From Candidatus Limnocylindrales bacterium (lineage in GTDB: Bacteria; Chloroflexota; Limnocylindria; Limnocylindrales; CSP1-4), in the NCBI GenBank assembly GCA_035699625.1, contig DASSPM010000159.1:11203-75202 (forward strand): a DNA stretch of 64,000 nucleotides, written 5' to 3'. The notes below the pieces were generated by a model that ran no database searches, had not been told where the DNA came from, and worked only from the letters and a program-made list of their open reading frames with translations. The first letter of the stretch is position 1; the number at the start of each line of letters is the position of its first letter. Shown here one piece after another: positions 1 to 8,150 of this stretch. The translations under genes and the position numbers were made by a program.

Positions 1-144
1 GTTCTCCAGCTGGTGCAGCGGGATGGTCACGCTCTTGACGTGGCCGAGGATGTCGGTGAACTGGAGCTGGACGAAGCGGACGTTGTGCTCCTTGGCCGCC
101 TCGATCTTCTCGCTCGCGGTCATCTCACCGATCTCGAGTGTCAT
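1..144 (-). CDS. glnA: glutamine synthetase type I, N-terminal fragment (gene runs off the left edge)
   Basis: Not in the ORF track because it is open at the window edge. Reverse translation from ATG 144-142 gives MTLEIGEMTASEKIEAAKEHNVRFVQLQFTDILGHVKSVTIPLHQLEN, a typical GS-I beta-grasp N-terminus. An AGGAGG SD lies 9 nt upstream. Confidence 0.8.
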   Translation of the reverse strand, partial: MTLEIGEMTASEKIEAAKEHNVRFVQLQFTDILGHVKSVTIPLHQLEN

Positions 145-212
145 GCGACTGCGCCTCCTGGTCTGCTCGGCGGTCACGGCGGTCCCCTCGGTGGCCGCCC
201 GCGGCCGGCCCG

Positions 213-316
213 CTTGTGCGAGCGGCACGATGAAGGCGAGTGTAGTCGCCCGCTCGGGCTGGGTGGCGGTCAGATGCGGGTTTCTGCCGCGGCTAATCTT
301 GTGCGCTTTGCACAAG
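213..316. promoter_or_regulatory. two palindromic boxes CTTGTGC-N5-GCACAAG upstream of glnA (candidate operator pair)
   Basis: The perfect copy is at 298-316 (CTTGTGC gcttt GCACAAG), inside the last codons of the PucR gene. An imperfect copy is at 213-231 (CTTGTGC gagcg GCACgAt). The centres are 85 bp apart and lie about 78 and 163 nt upstream of the glnA ATG. Confidence 0.4.
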
Positions 317-1870
317 TCTGACGGCGAGCGCCAGGACGAAGCGAAGCTCCGGGTCATCGAGGCGCCAGCCGGTGCGCGCCTCGATCCGGCCGACCCGGTA
401 GGCCAGCGTGTTGCGATGCAGGCCGAGGGCGGCCGCGGCCTCGGAGAGGCCCGGCCGATCGAGGATGGCGCGCAGGGTGCGCAGCCGCTCGGCCCGGGCC
501 TCGGGCCGGCCCTCGAGCAGCGGCGCCAACAGGAGCCGCGCCTGGCGGATGCCATCGGGCAGGTTGTGCAGACCGCCCAGCAGCCGGTAGGCGGGCAGGC
601 GGTCCGCGCGTGCGACCAGGGCCGAGGGGCCGGCGGCCGCATCCCACGGGCGTTCGCCCGGTGCCAACAGCTCGAAGGCCTCCAGGGTGGCCCGCGCATC
701 GGCATCGGCCGCGGGCCGCTCCTCGGGCGTCTCGAAGGGCAGCGAGACCGCCACCGGGCGGCCCGCCGCGGCCGCCACGCGCTCCGCCAGCGATAGGCCG
801 CGCGGATCGTCCTCGGCCGCTGCCGCCACGAGCCGGATCTCGAGGCTGGCCGCGTCACCGCGCAGGGCCAGCCGCCGCGCCGGGGCGAGCCGCCGCAGGC
901 GCTCACGGAGCCGCTCGCGCTCCTCGATGCTGCCGGGCTCCCCTGGCTGCACCTGGCGCGCCATGAGCGCCACCCAGGGCGGCCCGTCGGCCGGCAGCAC
1001 GTCGCCGCGCCTGGCGCCACGACCGGCCGCCGGCAGAGCCGGCCCACGCGTGAGCTCGAGCGCGATGAGCGGCGCCACCCGGGTGAGGGCGATGCGCTCG
1101 AGCTCCGTCGGGGGTGCGTCGCCGAGGAGCGAGATGCTGCCGGCGGCCCGCGGGCCCGGCTCGCGTGGCCCTGCCGGCGGCGCGCTGGGCAGCGGCACGC
1201 GCAAGACCACGCCACGCTGCCCGCGTAGGTAGCGGGCGGCCGAGGCGGCCGCATTCTCGACGGCCGCGGGCGCCTGCACGGCCACGGCCTCGCCGCGCGG
1301 CCCCTCCACGGCCACGGCCCGGCCGAGGAAGGCGCCGATGGCCGCGGCCTGGGCCTCCACTCCCCGGCCGGCGATGGCCAGTGCCTCGAGCTGCGCCTCG
1401 AGCCGGCCGGCCTGGCGCTCCAGCTCGGCGCGCTCGTTGACCAGGTAGCCGATGGCCGACCGCTCGAGCGCGGCGGGATCGACGCCGGGCAGCAGGTAGG
1501 CCGCCACGCCGGCCTCGGCGAGCAGCCCCAGCAGCCGGTCGGCGGCGGCACCGGGTTCGTCCTCGGCGGTGACCACGACACCGCCGGCGCCGGCCCGCAG
1601 GAGCGCCTCGACGATGGCCGCCGGCTCCACGCCGCTCGCCTCGAGCGCGGCCACCGCGGACGCCGGCGCGATGGCCAGGTCGCCCGGCTCGAGCGCCTCG
1701 AAGGCCGGCAGGCGCGAGCGCAGCACGCGCACCCAGGCCACCTCCCGGGGAGCGGCGCCCTCGCCAGGGGACGCGGCGTCCCAGGCGGGCGCGCCGGTCC
1801 CAGCGGCCACATGCCGCTGCGGGCGTGCCGTGGGGAAGACCGCGCGATGCAGTGCCTCCAGCTGCGCCAC
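293..1870 (-). CDS. PucR-family transcriptional regulator
   Basis: 525-aa ORF. The C-terminal GLHRNTLAYRVGRIEARTGWRLDDPELRFVLALAV is a PucR-type HTH. GTG start at 1870 and TAG stop at 293-295. Confidence 0.85.
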   Translation of the reverse strand: MAQLEALHRAVFPTARPQRHVAAGTGAPAWDAASPGEGAAPREVAWVRVLRSRLPAFEALEPGDLAIAPASAVAALEASGVEPAAIVEALLRAGAGGVVVTAEDEPGAAADRLLGLLAEAGVAAYLLPGVDPAALERSAIGYLVNERAELERQAGRLEAQLEALAIAGRGVEAQAAAIGAFLGRAVAVEGPRGEAVAVQAPAAVENAAASAARYLRGQRGVVLRVPLPSAPPAGPREPGPRAAGSISLLGDAPPTELERIALTRVAPLIALELTRGPALPAAGRGARRGDVLPADGPPWVALMARQVQPGEPGSIEERERLRERLRRLAPARRLALRGDAASLEIRLVAAAAEDDPRGLSLAERVAAAAGRPVAVSLPFETPEERPAADADARATLEAFELLAPGERPWDAAAGPSALVARADRLPAYRLLGGLHNLPDGIRQARLLLAPLLEGRPEARAERLRTLRAILDRPGLSEAAAALGLHRNTLAYRVGRIEARTGWRLDDPELRFVLALAVRLVQSAQD

Positions 1871-1874
1871 GGCG

Positions 1875-3254
1875 CTAGTCCGCGCCCACCCGACGCGCCT
1901 CGGGCCGCCGCCCCGCCCGCCGTGCCAGCGCCTCGAGCAACTCGCCGAACTCCCGCTCGGCGTCCACGTAGCGGTCTGCCAGGAAGGCGAGCCGGGCCTG
2001 CCCGTCGCCTTCGAGGCGCACCCAGACGCGGCGGCGCGGCAGGTAGAAGGTGCCGGCCAACCCCACGATCAGGCCCAGGAAGGCGAGGTAGACGATGGGC
2101 TCGCCCGGGTCGCGCTTGACGACGAGGCCGGAGAAGGCGCCCGCCTTCGCCCAGCGGATGGTGTAGCCGCCGGTGACCGTCGGGTCGGTCGTGCGGCCGA
2201 GGCGGATGGCCTCGCCGAACACGGGCCTGCCGCTGCCGTCGGGCGAGGTCGCCAGGCCGAGCAGCTTCAACAGACCGGCGCCGCTCTCGTCGCGATCGAG
2301 GAAGAGGAGCAGCCCGATGTCGCTGCCCGGGATGGTCAGGAAGCCGCGCGGCAGCCCGACGGCCTGGTCGGGCGGCATGATCACCGGGCCCTCCCAGGCG
2401 AGTCGGCCCTGCCCGTCGCGGATCTCCAGCGTCGCCGCCGGCCCGAAGGTGTTCTGGTGGAAGACGTAGCCGTCGACCTCGAGCGGCTCGTTGACCCGGA
2501 TGCGCTTCTGGGCGACCTCGACGCCGTCGCGGTAGACGACCAGGTCGGTGCGGAAGTCCTCGAAGCTGCCGTCGGGCCGTGTGGGCGCCTCGAAGCGCAG
2601 GTTCTTGACCAGCAGGTTGCCCGGCGTGCCGACCGGCTGGACGGGCGCCGTCTGGCCCTCGCCCACGAAGAGCACCGTCTCGAAGCCGAAGGCCCCGGTG
2701 ACGAAGCCGCCCAGCAGGAAGAGCACCAGCCCGGCATGGCTGACGAAGGTCGCCAGGCGCGCCCAGCGGTTGCGGTCGCCGTGCAGGTGGCGCACGCCTG
2801 GCTGGCGCGGGTCGGCCACGGCGCGCACGGCGAAGTGCCGCTCGCGCAGCACCGCCGCCAGGTCGGCCTCGCTCAGCGTGCTCGGTCCGAGCCGCGCCCG
2901 GTGTGGCAGGCGCAAGTCGAAGAACGGCTCCGGCTGGACCGGCCTGACCTGGCCCACCTGGCGCCAGAGGCGCGGCCAGCGGTCGACGGTGCAGACGACG
3001 ATGCTGGCCACGAGGAGCAGCAGCAGGCCACTGAACCAGGGCACGGTGAAGATGCGGAAGAAGCCGAGCCGCTCGAAGACGTCGACCATGGTCGGCCCGA
3101 CGTTGAGGCCGAGGATGGTGATCGGGTCGTAGCGCAGGTGCAGGTCGGCCAGCTCGCGCTCGTAGGCCGCCGGGTCGCGCAGGGCGAAGGCGGGCAGCTG
3201 GCGCACCAGGGTGCCGATCAGGCCACAGACGGCGAGGACGATGATCTGCAGCAC
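1875..3254 (-). CDS. resB: cytochrome c biogenesis protein ResB/Ccs1 (true start probably upstream, up to 3365)
   Basis: 459-aa ORF with an N-terminal TM helix, a large extracytoplasmic domain and C-terminal TM helices typical of ResB. The in-frame upstream sequence LADAVWTTLTSTRFAV looks like the conserved ResB N-terminus but contains no ATG, GTG or TTG. Confidence 0.8.
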   Translation of the reverse strand: MLQIIVLAVCGLIGTLVRQLPAFALRDPAAYERELADLHLRYDPITILGLNVGPTMVDVFERLGFFRIFTVPWFSGLLLLLVASIVVCTVDRWPRLWRQVGQVRPVQPEPFFDLRLPHRARLGPSTLSEADLAAVLRERHFAVRAVADPRQPGVRHLHGDRNRWARLATFVSHAGLVLFLLGGFVTGAFGFETVLFVGEGQTAPVQPVGTPGNLLVKNLRFEAPTRPDGSFEDFRTDLVVYRDGVEVAQKRIRVNEPLEVDGYVFHQNTFGPAATLEIRDGQGRLAWEGPVIMPPDQAVGLPRGFLTIPGSDIGLLLFLDRDESGAGLLKLLGLATSPDGSGRPVFGEAIRLGRTTDPTVTGGYTIRWAKAGAFSGLVVKRDPGEPIVYLAFLGLIVGLAGTFYLPRRRVWVRLEGDGQARLAFLADRYVDAEREFGELLEALARRAGRRPEARRVGAD

Positions 3255-3365
3255 CGCGAAGCGCGTGCTGGTCAGCGTCGTCCAGACCGCGTCGGCCAGG
3301 CGCGTCGGCAGGGAGAGCGGGTCGAAGGCGGGTCGCGAGTCGATGCCGAGGGTGGCGATGGTGCC

Positions 3366-4574
3366 TTACGCGGGGATGGCCGACGCCGCCGCGTCCAGCG
3401 CGGCGGTGAAGTCGGCGACCAGGTCCTCCACGTCCTCCAGGCCGACGGAGACGCGCACCATGCCCGGCGGGATCCCCGCCGCCTCGAGCTCGGCGTCGTC
3501 GAGCTGGCGGTGCGAGGTCGATGGTGGGTGGACGGCCATGGTGTGGACGCTGCCCAGCGAGGCGGTCCGCTCGGGCAGGGTCAGCGCATCGATGCAGGCC
3601 GCCGCCGCGGCGCGGCTGCCGAGATCGAAAGCGAGCATGCCGCCGCCCGAGCGCAGCAGGCGCTGCGCGACGCCCGCCTGCGGGTGGCTGGGCAGCCCCG
3701 GATACCAGACGCGGCGCACGTCCGGTCGCGCCTCGAGCATCCGGGCGAGCGTCATCGCCGCGTGGCTGTGCCGCTCCATGCGCACCGCCAGCGTCTCCAG
3801 GCCGCGCAGCACGAGGAAGGCGGAAAAGGGCGCCACGATGCCGCCCGTCTCGATCGCGACTTCGCGCAGCGGCCCGATGAGCTCGGGCCCGCAGGAGACG
3901 GTGCCGGCCATCACGTCGGAGTGGCCGCCGATCCACTTGGTGCAGGACTCGATGACCAGGTCGGCGCCCAGCTCGAAGGGACGGCAGAGGTAGGGCGAGG
4001 CGAAGGTGTTGTCCACGGCGACCGTGATGCCGCGCCTTTGGGCGCGCTCGATGAGCTCGGCCAGGTCGGCCACCACGATGGTCGGGTTGGCGATCGTCTC
4101 GAGGTAGAGGAGGCGCGTGTTCGGCCGGAAGGCAGCCTCCACCGCGTCCGTGTCGGTGGCATCGACGAAGCTCGTCTCGACGCCGAAACGGCGCAGCACC
4201 CGGTCGAAGAGGATGGTCACGCTGCCGTAGAGCGCCTTGGAGGTGACGATGTGGTCGCCCGCCCCGACGACGCTGGTGGCCGCGGCGTGGATGGCGGCCA
4301 TGCCGGTGCCGAAGGCGTAGCCGGCGGGCGCGCCCTCGAGCTCGGCCACGGCCGCCGCCATGGCTGCGGCCGTCGGGTTGTCGATGCGCGAGTAGGCGAA
4401 GCCCGGCCGCGCCCCGGTGAGGACGTCGCCCAGCTCATCCGCGTCGGCGGTGCTGAAGGTGGCCGACTGGTAGATGGGCGTCGCGGTCGAGCGCTGATCG
4501 GGCGGCGGTCCGCCGGTGGCCGCCCGGATGGCGCGCGTGGAGAAGCCCCGCCCCGGCTGGTTGCCCTGTGCCAT
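3366..4574 (-). CDS. Cys/Met-metabolism PLP-dependent enzyme (cystathionine gamma-synthase/lyase or O-acylhomoserine sulfhydrylase family)
   Basis: Inner ATG at 4574 of the 532-aa ORF gives a 402-aa protein. Motifs: TPIYQSATF, YSRIDNPT and the PLP-lysine motif SCTKWIGGHSD. The upstream 130 codons of the ORF overlap the hsp20 promoter region and look non-coding. Confidence 0.88.
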   Translation of the reverse strand: MAQGNQPGRGFSTRAIRAATGGPPPDQRSTATPIYQSATFSTADADELGDVLTGARPGFAYSRIDNPTAAAMAAAVAELEGAPAGYAFGTGMAAIHAAATSVVGAGDHIVTSKALYGSVTILFDRVLRRFGVETSFVDATDTDAVEAAFRPNTRLLYLETIANPTIVVADLAELIERAQRRGITVAVDNTFASPYLCRPFELGADLVIESCTKWIGGHSDVMAGTVSCGPELIGPLREVAIETGGIVAPFSAFLVLRGLETLAVRMERHSHAAMTLARMLEARPDVRRVWYPGLPSHPQAGVAQRLLRSGGGMLAFDLGSRAAAAACIDALTLPERTASLGSVHTMAVHPPSTSHRQLDDAELEAAGIPPGMVRVSVGLEDVEDLVADFTAALDAAASAIPA

Positions 4575-4612
4575 GGCCCGGCATGCTACACCGGCCCGAG
4601 GTGCCGTGGAGC

Positions 4613-4643
4613 CTTGACATGGCTCGTAGCAAGTTGCTATATA
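4613..4643 (+). promoter_or_regulatory. hsp20-hspR promoter (TTGACA-18-TATATA) with an embedded HAIR-like inverted repeat
   Basis: -35 TTGACA at 4614-4619 and -10 TATATA at 4638-4643. CTTGACA-N7-TAGCAAG (4613-4633) has the 7-N7-7 geometry of the HspR operator consensus CTTGAGT-N7-ACTCAAG. SD GAGGAGG at 4689-4695. Confidence 0.55.
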
Positions 4644-4707
4644 CAAGGCGTGTGACCAAACAGCACCCGGCTGCGGCCGGGATGAGCAGAGGAGGTGACC
4701 TTCTCGC

Positions 4708-5196
4708 ATGACCACCATCCAGCGTTGGGACCCGTTCCTGCGCCAGTTCGTGTCGCTGCGCGACGCGGTCGACCGCCTCTTCGAGGAGAGCGTGGTCAAC
4801 CCCGATCGACTCTTCTCCTGGACGACGGCCGGCGCGCGCACGATGCCGCTGGAGATCCACGAGACGCCCGATGACATCGTCGTCCGGGCGCTCGTGCCGG
4901 GGGTCTCCCCCGAGGCGCTCGACGTGCAGTACCAGCAGGGCGTCTTGACCCTGCGGGCGCGCACCGAGACCCCGTCGGCGCACGACGACTGGATCTGGCA
5001 CCTGCGCGAGTTCGGCTACGGCGAGATGACCCGGACGGTGAGCCTGCCCCGGGAGATCGACGTCGACCAGGCGCAGGCCACCTTCGAGCACGGCGTGCTG
5101 ACGCTCCGCCTGCCGAAGGCCGCGGAAGCGAAGCCGCGCACGATCCGCGTCGAGTCGCCGAGCCGGATCGGCGCCGGCAGCGGCGCGTCCGCGTAG
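4708..5196 (+). CDS. Hsp20/alpha-crystallin small heat-shock protein
   Basis: 162 aa with an alpha-crystallin core: MPLEIHETPDDIVVRALVPGV...GVLTLRA...FEHGVLTLRLPK. Confidence 0.92.
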   Translation: MTTIQRWDPFLRQFVSLRDAVDRLFEESVVNPDRLFSWTTAGARTMPLEIHETPDDIVVRALVPGVSPEALDVQYQQGVLTLRARTETPSAHDDWIWHLREFGYGEMTRTVSLPREIDVDQAQATFEHGVLTLRLPKAAEAKPRTIRVESPSRIGAGSGASA

Positions 5197-5529
5197 GTGC
5201 GCCGGGTGATGGACGACCGCGAGCCGCTCTACGCCATCGGCGTCGCGGCACGCCTCACCCGGATGCATCCACAGACGCTGCGCAAGTACGAGCGGGCGGG
5301 GCTGTTGCGCCCCGCCCGTCAGACCGGCAATCAGCGCCTCTACTCCGACGCTGACCTGCGGAGGCTGCGCAGGATCCGCTACCTGGTCGAGGACCGCGGC
5401 CTCAACATCGCCGGGCTCGAGATGACCTTGGCCATGATCGACCGGCTGGATGCCGTGCCGCCCGGCGCCGGCGTGCAGGAGATGCGCACCGCCATCGCCC
5501 AGACGCGACGCCTGGGCGGGGCCGACTGA
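5197..5529 (+). CDS. hspR: MerR-family heat-shock regulator HspR
   Basis: YAIGVAARLTRMHPQTLRKYERAGLLRPARQTGNQRLYSDADLRRLRRIRYL is a MerR HTH of the HspR type. GTG at 5197 abuts the hsp20 TAG. An alternative ATG is at 5209. Confidence 0.88.
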   Translation: MRRVMDDREPLYAIGVAARLTRMHPQTLRKYERAGLLRPARQTGNQRLYSDADLRRLRRIRYLVEDRGLNIAGLEMTLAMIDRLDAVPPGAGVQEMRTAIAQTRRLGGAD

Positions 5530-5532
5530 AGC

Positions 5533-7152
5533 TCAGGAGCTCCGGGTCCCGTCCCGAGGCTCCGTCGCATCCTGGGCGGGCGCGCCGCGCCGCTGACGCG
5601 GCGCCAGCAGCTGGGTCATCGTCCGGTCGAGGTGGTCGTCCTCGTCGTGGTTGACCATGGTGAAACGGCGCGCCTTGGGTGCGGCGGTGCCGCCATCCCG
5701 CTTCGCAGCGCCGCCATGCGGCCTGCCCGCGCCCCCGTCCGGCTTCCCTGCGCTGACGTCCGGCTTCCCTGCGCTGACGTCCGGTTTCCCTGCCCCGCCG
5801 TCCGGTTTCCCTGCCCCGCCGTCCGGTTTCTTGGGCGGGCGCGGGCGCGCTCGCGTCGGGCCCTTCGGTGCGGGCGCCAGCGGCTCCGCCACAGCCACCT
5901 CGCCGCCGGCGGGAACGTCAGCGCCACCCGCCGGAGCCGCGGCCGAGCCGTAGACACGCCGGCTGCCGCGTCCGCGGCCACGCACGACACGATCCTTGCC
6001 GGCGCGCTTCGACTCGTACATGGCGGCGTCGGCGCTGACCAGCAGCTGGTCGCCGGTGGCGCCGTCCTCGGGGTGCGCCACGAGGCCGATGGAGATGCTC
6101 GTGCGCAGCTCGCCGCTCTCGGTCGGGATGCGGATCGCGGCCGCGCCGTCGCGCAGCTTCTCGGCCACCACCGCGGCCCCGTCGGGGTCCGTCTCGGGCA
6201 ACAGCACCACGAACTCGTCGCCGCCATAGCGGGCCGCCGAGTCGATGACCCGGATGCCGCCGCGGATGACCTCGGCCACGCTGCGCAGCGCCGCGTCACC
6301 GAAGTGGTGGCCGTAGGTGTCGTTGATCGGCTTGAGGCCGTCGAGGTCGAGCATCAGCAGGCAGAAGCGCCGTCCCGTGCGCTCGCCGCGCTGGATCTCA
6401 CGCTCCAGCGCGGCGAAGAAGTAGTTGCGGTTGAAGAGGCCCGTCAGCGGGTCGTAGAGCGAGAGGCGCAGCGCCGCGTCACGCGTCCGGCGCTGCTCGC
6501 GCGCCAGCACCGAGGCGAAGTACGAGAGGAGCCAGAGCGCCAGCAGGCTGAAGCCGACCCGGGCGACCTGCGCCAGGCTGAGCTGGTCGGAGCCGGGCTG
6601 GACCGCCATGGCCAGCAGGTAGACCAGCGATGTCGACGCGGCCAGCACGAAGGTGGTGGCGCCACCGACGACCAGCGCGGCGCCGGCCAGGATGAGGTAG
6701 TAGCCGAAGAAGAAGGGACTGTCGACGCCACCGGTGAGGGCGATGAGCACCGTGAAGAAGGCGATCGCGGCGCTCCCCTCGAGCATGAACTTGCCCGGGC
6801 CGAGGACCGAGCTCGGCAGCAGGTCATGCACCACCAGCACGAACAGCGCACCGAGCGCGAGCAGCACGAAGATGGCAGCCGAGGTGGCCGGGAAGAGGCC
6901 GCCGATCCAGATGATGATGGCCGTGCCGGCCAGGAAGGCGTAGGCCACGATGCGCACGACACGGTCATAGATGCTGACGCTCAGCCCGGCGCGCACCTCC
7001 GGTGCCTTGTCGGCCGCGGCGGCCATCTGGAGCGCGATATCGACCGGCTCGGGCCGCGCCGCGGGATCGGCGTCGCCGCCGACGATGGGCGAGCGGCGGC
7101 CGACCATCGGCGGCAGCGCGATGGCGGCCATCAGCACGAGGTTGGCCACCAC
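5533..7152 (-). CDS. membrane-bound diguanylate cyclase (GGDEF) with a repetitive C-terminal tail
   Basis: Multi-TM N-terminal half. GGDEF domain motifs LTGLFNRNYF...DLDGLKPINDTYGH...RYGGDEFVVLL. An RVID I-site lies 5 aa before GGDEF. The tail is built of KPDGGAG heptads. Confidence 0.9.
   Translation of the reverse strand: MVANLVLMAAIALPPMVGRRSPIVGGDADPAARPEPVDIALQMAAAADKAPEVRAGLSVSIYDRVVRIVAYAFLAGTAIIIWIGGLFPATSAAIFVLLALGALFVLVVHDLLPSSVLGPGKFMLEGSAAIAFFTVLIALTGGVDSPFFFGYYLILAGAALVVGGATTFVLAASTSLVYLLAMAVQPGSDQLSLAQVARVGFSLLALWLLSYFASVLAREQRRTRDAALRLSLYDPLTGLFNRNYFFAALEREIQRGERTGRRFCLLMLDLDGLKPINDTYGHHFGDAALRSVAEVIRGGIRVIDSAARYGGDEFVVLLPETDPDGAAVVAEKLRDGAAAIRIPTESGELRTSISIGLVAHPEDGATGDQLLVSADAAMYESKRAGKDRVVRGRGRGSRRVYGSAAAPAGGADVPAGGEVAVAEPLAPAPKGPTRARPRPPKKPDGGAGKPDGGAGKPDVSAGKPDVSAGKPDGGAGRPHGGAAKRDGGTAAPKARRFTMVNHDEDDHLDRTMTQLLAPRQRRGAPAQDATEPRDGTRSS
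5716..5830. repeat. 21-bp tandem repeat (about 5.5 copies) inside the cyclase 3' end
   Basis: Units start at 5737, 5758, 5779 and 5800. Units 1 and 2 are identical (gtccggcttccctgcgctgac). Units 3 and 4 are identical (gtccggtttccctgccccgcc). A degenerate unit sits at 5716-5736 and a partial unit at 5821-5830. Confidence 0.85.
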
Positions 7153-7295
7153 GGCGACGGCGAGCAGGACGGCGAGCTCCTGTGTGGGCAGGATGCGGAC
7201 CTCGGGCGCGGAGGGTTCGGCGCTCCCGATGGTACCCCGCGCGAAGGCGCTCGCCCATGGTTGCCGCGGGCATGGTCGTCTGCTAGCGTCAGGCC

Positions 7296-7784
7296 ATGAC
7301 CGTCGCGCGACGCGGCGCCTCCGGTCGCTCCGGCGACGAGGTCTCCGAGCTCGACCAGCGCATCCTCGGGCACCTCCAGGAGGACGGCCGCAAGCCGTTC
7401 ACGCAGATCGCCGCCGACCTGGGAGTGAGCGAAGCTGCGGTGCGTGCACGCACCAACCGGCTCATCGAGCGGGGCGTGCTGCAGATCGTCGGCGTGACAG
7501 ACCCGCTCAAGCTCGGCTACGACCAGATGGCCATGATCGGCGTCAAGTGCGAGGGCGATTCGCTGCTCTCCGCCGCGGACGCCATCTCGGCCCTGCCGGA
7601 GGTCATCTACGTCATCGTCACGGCCGGCCATTACGACCTGCTGGTCGAGGCGGTCTGCGAGGACAACGAGGCCCTGCTGGGCTTCCTGGCCGACAAGCTG
7701 CGCAAGGTCCCGGGCGTCGTCTCGACCGAGACCTTCGTCTACCTGCGCATCGTCAAGCAGGCATACCAGTGGGGCAGCCGCTGA
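7296..7784 (+). CDS. Lrp/AsnC-family transcriptional regulator
   Basis: 162 aa. LDQRILGHLQEDGRKPFTQIAADLGVSEAAVRARTNRLIERGVL is an AsnC HTH, followed by a RAM-like C-terminal domain. Confidence 0.9.
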   Translation: MTVARRGASGRSGDEVSELDQRILGHLQEDGRKPFTQIAADLGVSEAAVRARTNRLIERGVLQIVGVTDPLKLGYDQMAMIGVKCEGDSLLSAADAISALPEVIYVIVTAGHYDLLVEAVCEDNEALLGFLADKLRKVPGVVSTETFVYLRIVKQAYQWGSR

Positions 7785-7797
7785 CGCTCCGGCCGGC

Positions 7798-7900
7798 GTG
7801 ACTGGCGAGACCGGCCGCCCGGGCTGGCGGGAGGTGCTGGGCGTCTTCCTGCGCCTCGGGCTGACCCGGCTTCGCGGGACCGGCGGCGCACGTCGGCGCG
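7798..7900 (+). pseudogene. 5' remnant of a chromate-transporter (ChrA-like) gene, frameshifted
   Basis: GTG 7798 reads TGETGRPGWREVLGVFLRLGLT. After an apparent extra C near 7867 the next frame reads GFAGPAAHVGA. Together this resembles the ChrA N-terminal signature FLRLGLT.FGGP.AH.GY. No ChrA-like sequence follows. Confidence 0.4.
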
Positions 7901-8150
7901 TCCGCCCGGCATTCGCCCCGTGACTCGTACCGGCCGTCGGGGGCCGATGCTCCGTCCCTCATGCGTCACCGGACTGGTATCCGGGCGCCACCGGTCAGCC
8001 CAGCATCCGTCCGGGCCCACGGGCGTCAGTCCACGTTCGATCCACGCTCGATGGATGCTGGCCACGGCATCAGAAGCCGTTACTGACGCCGGACGTGGCC
8101 GCCGGTCTCCGGATGCCAGTCCGTGGATGGATATCGGCAAGGGACGGGCC

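Noticed and set aside
1569-4655. 1028-aa ORF on the plus strand
   Set aside because: It runs antisense to three well-supported genes (PucR regulator, resB, PLP enzyme). The sequence is low-complexity and Arg/Ala/Gly-rich with no recognisable motif. It is a typical shadow ORF in ~70% GC DNA.
4575-4707. SAM/methionine riboswitch upstream of the Cys/Met PLP-enzyme gene
   Set aside because: I read the minus-strand leader for SAM-I, SAM-II and SAM-IV-like conserved cores and found none. The region is better explained by the divergent hsp20 promoter. A covariance-model scan would be decisive.
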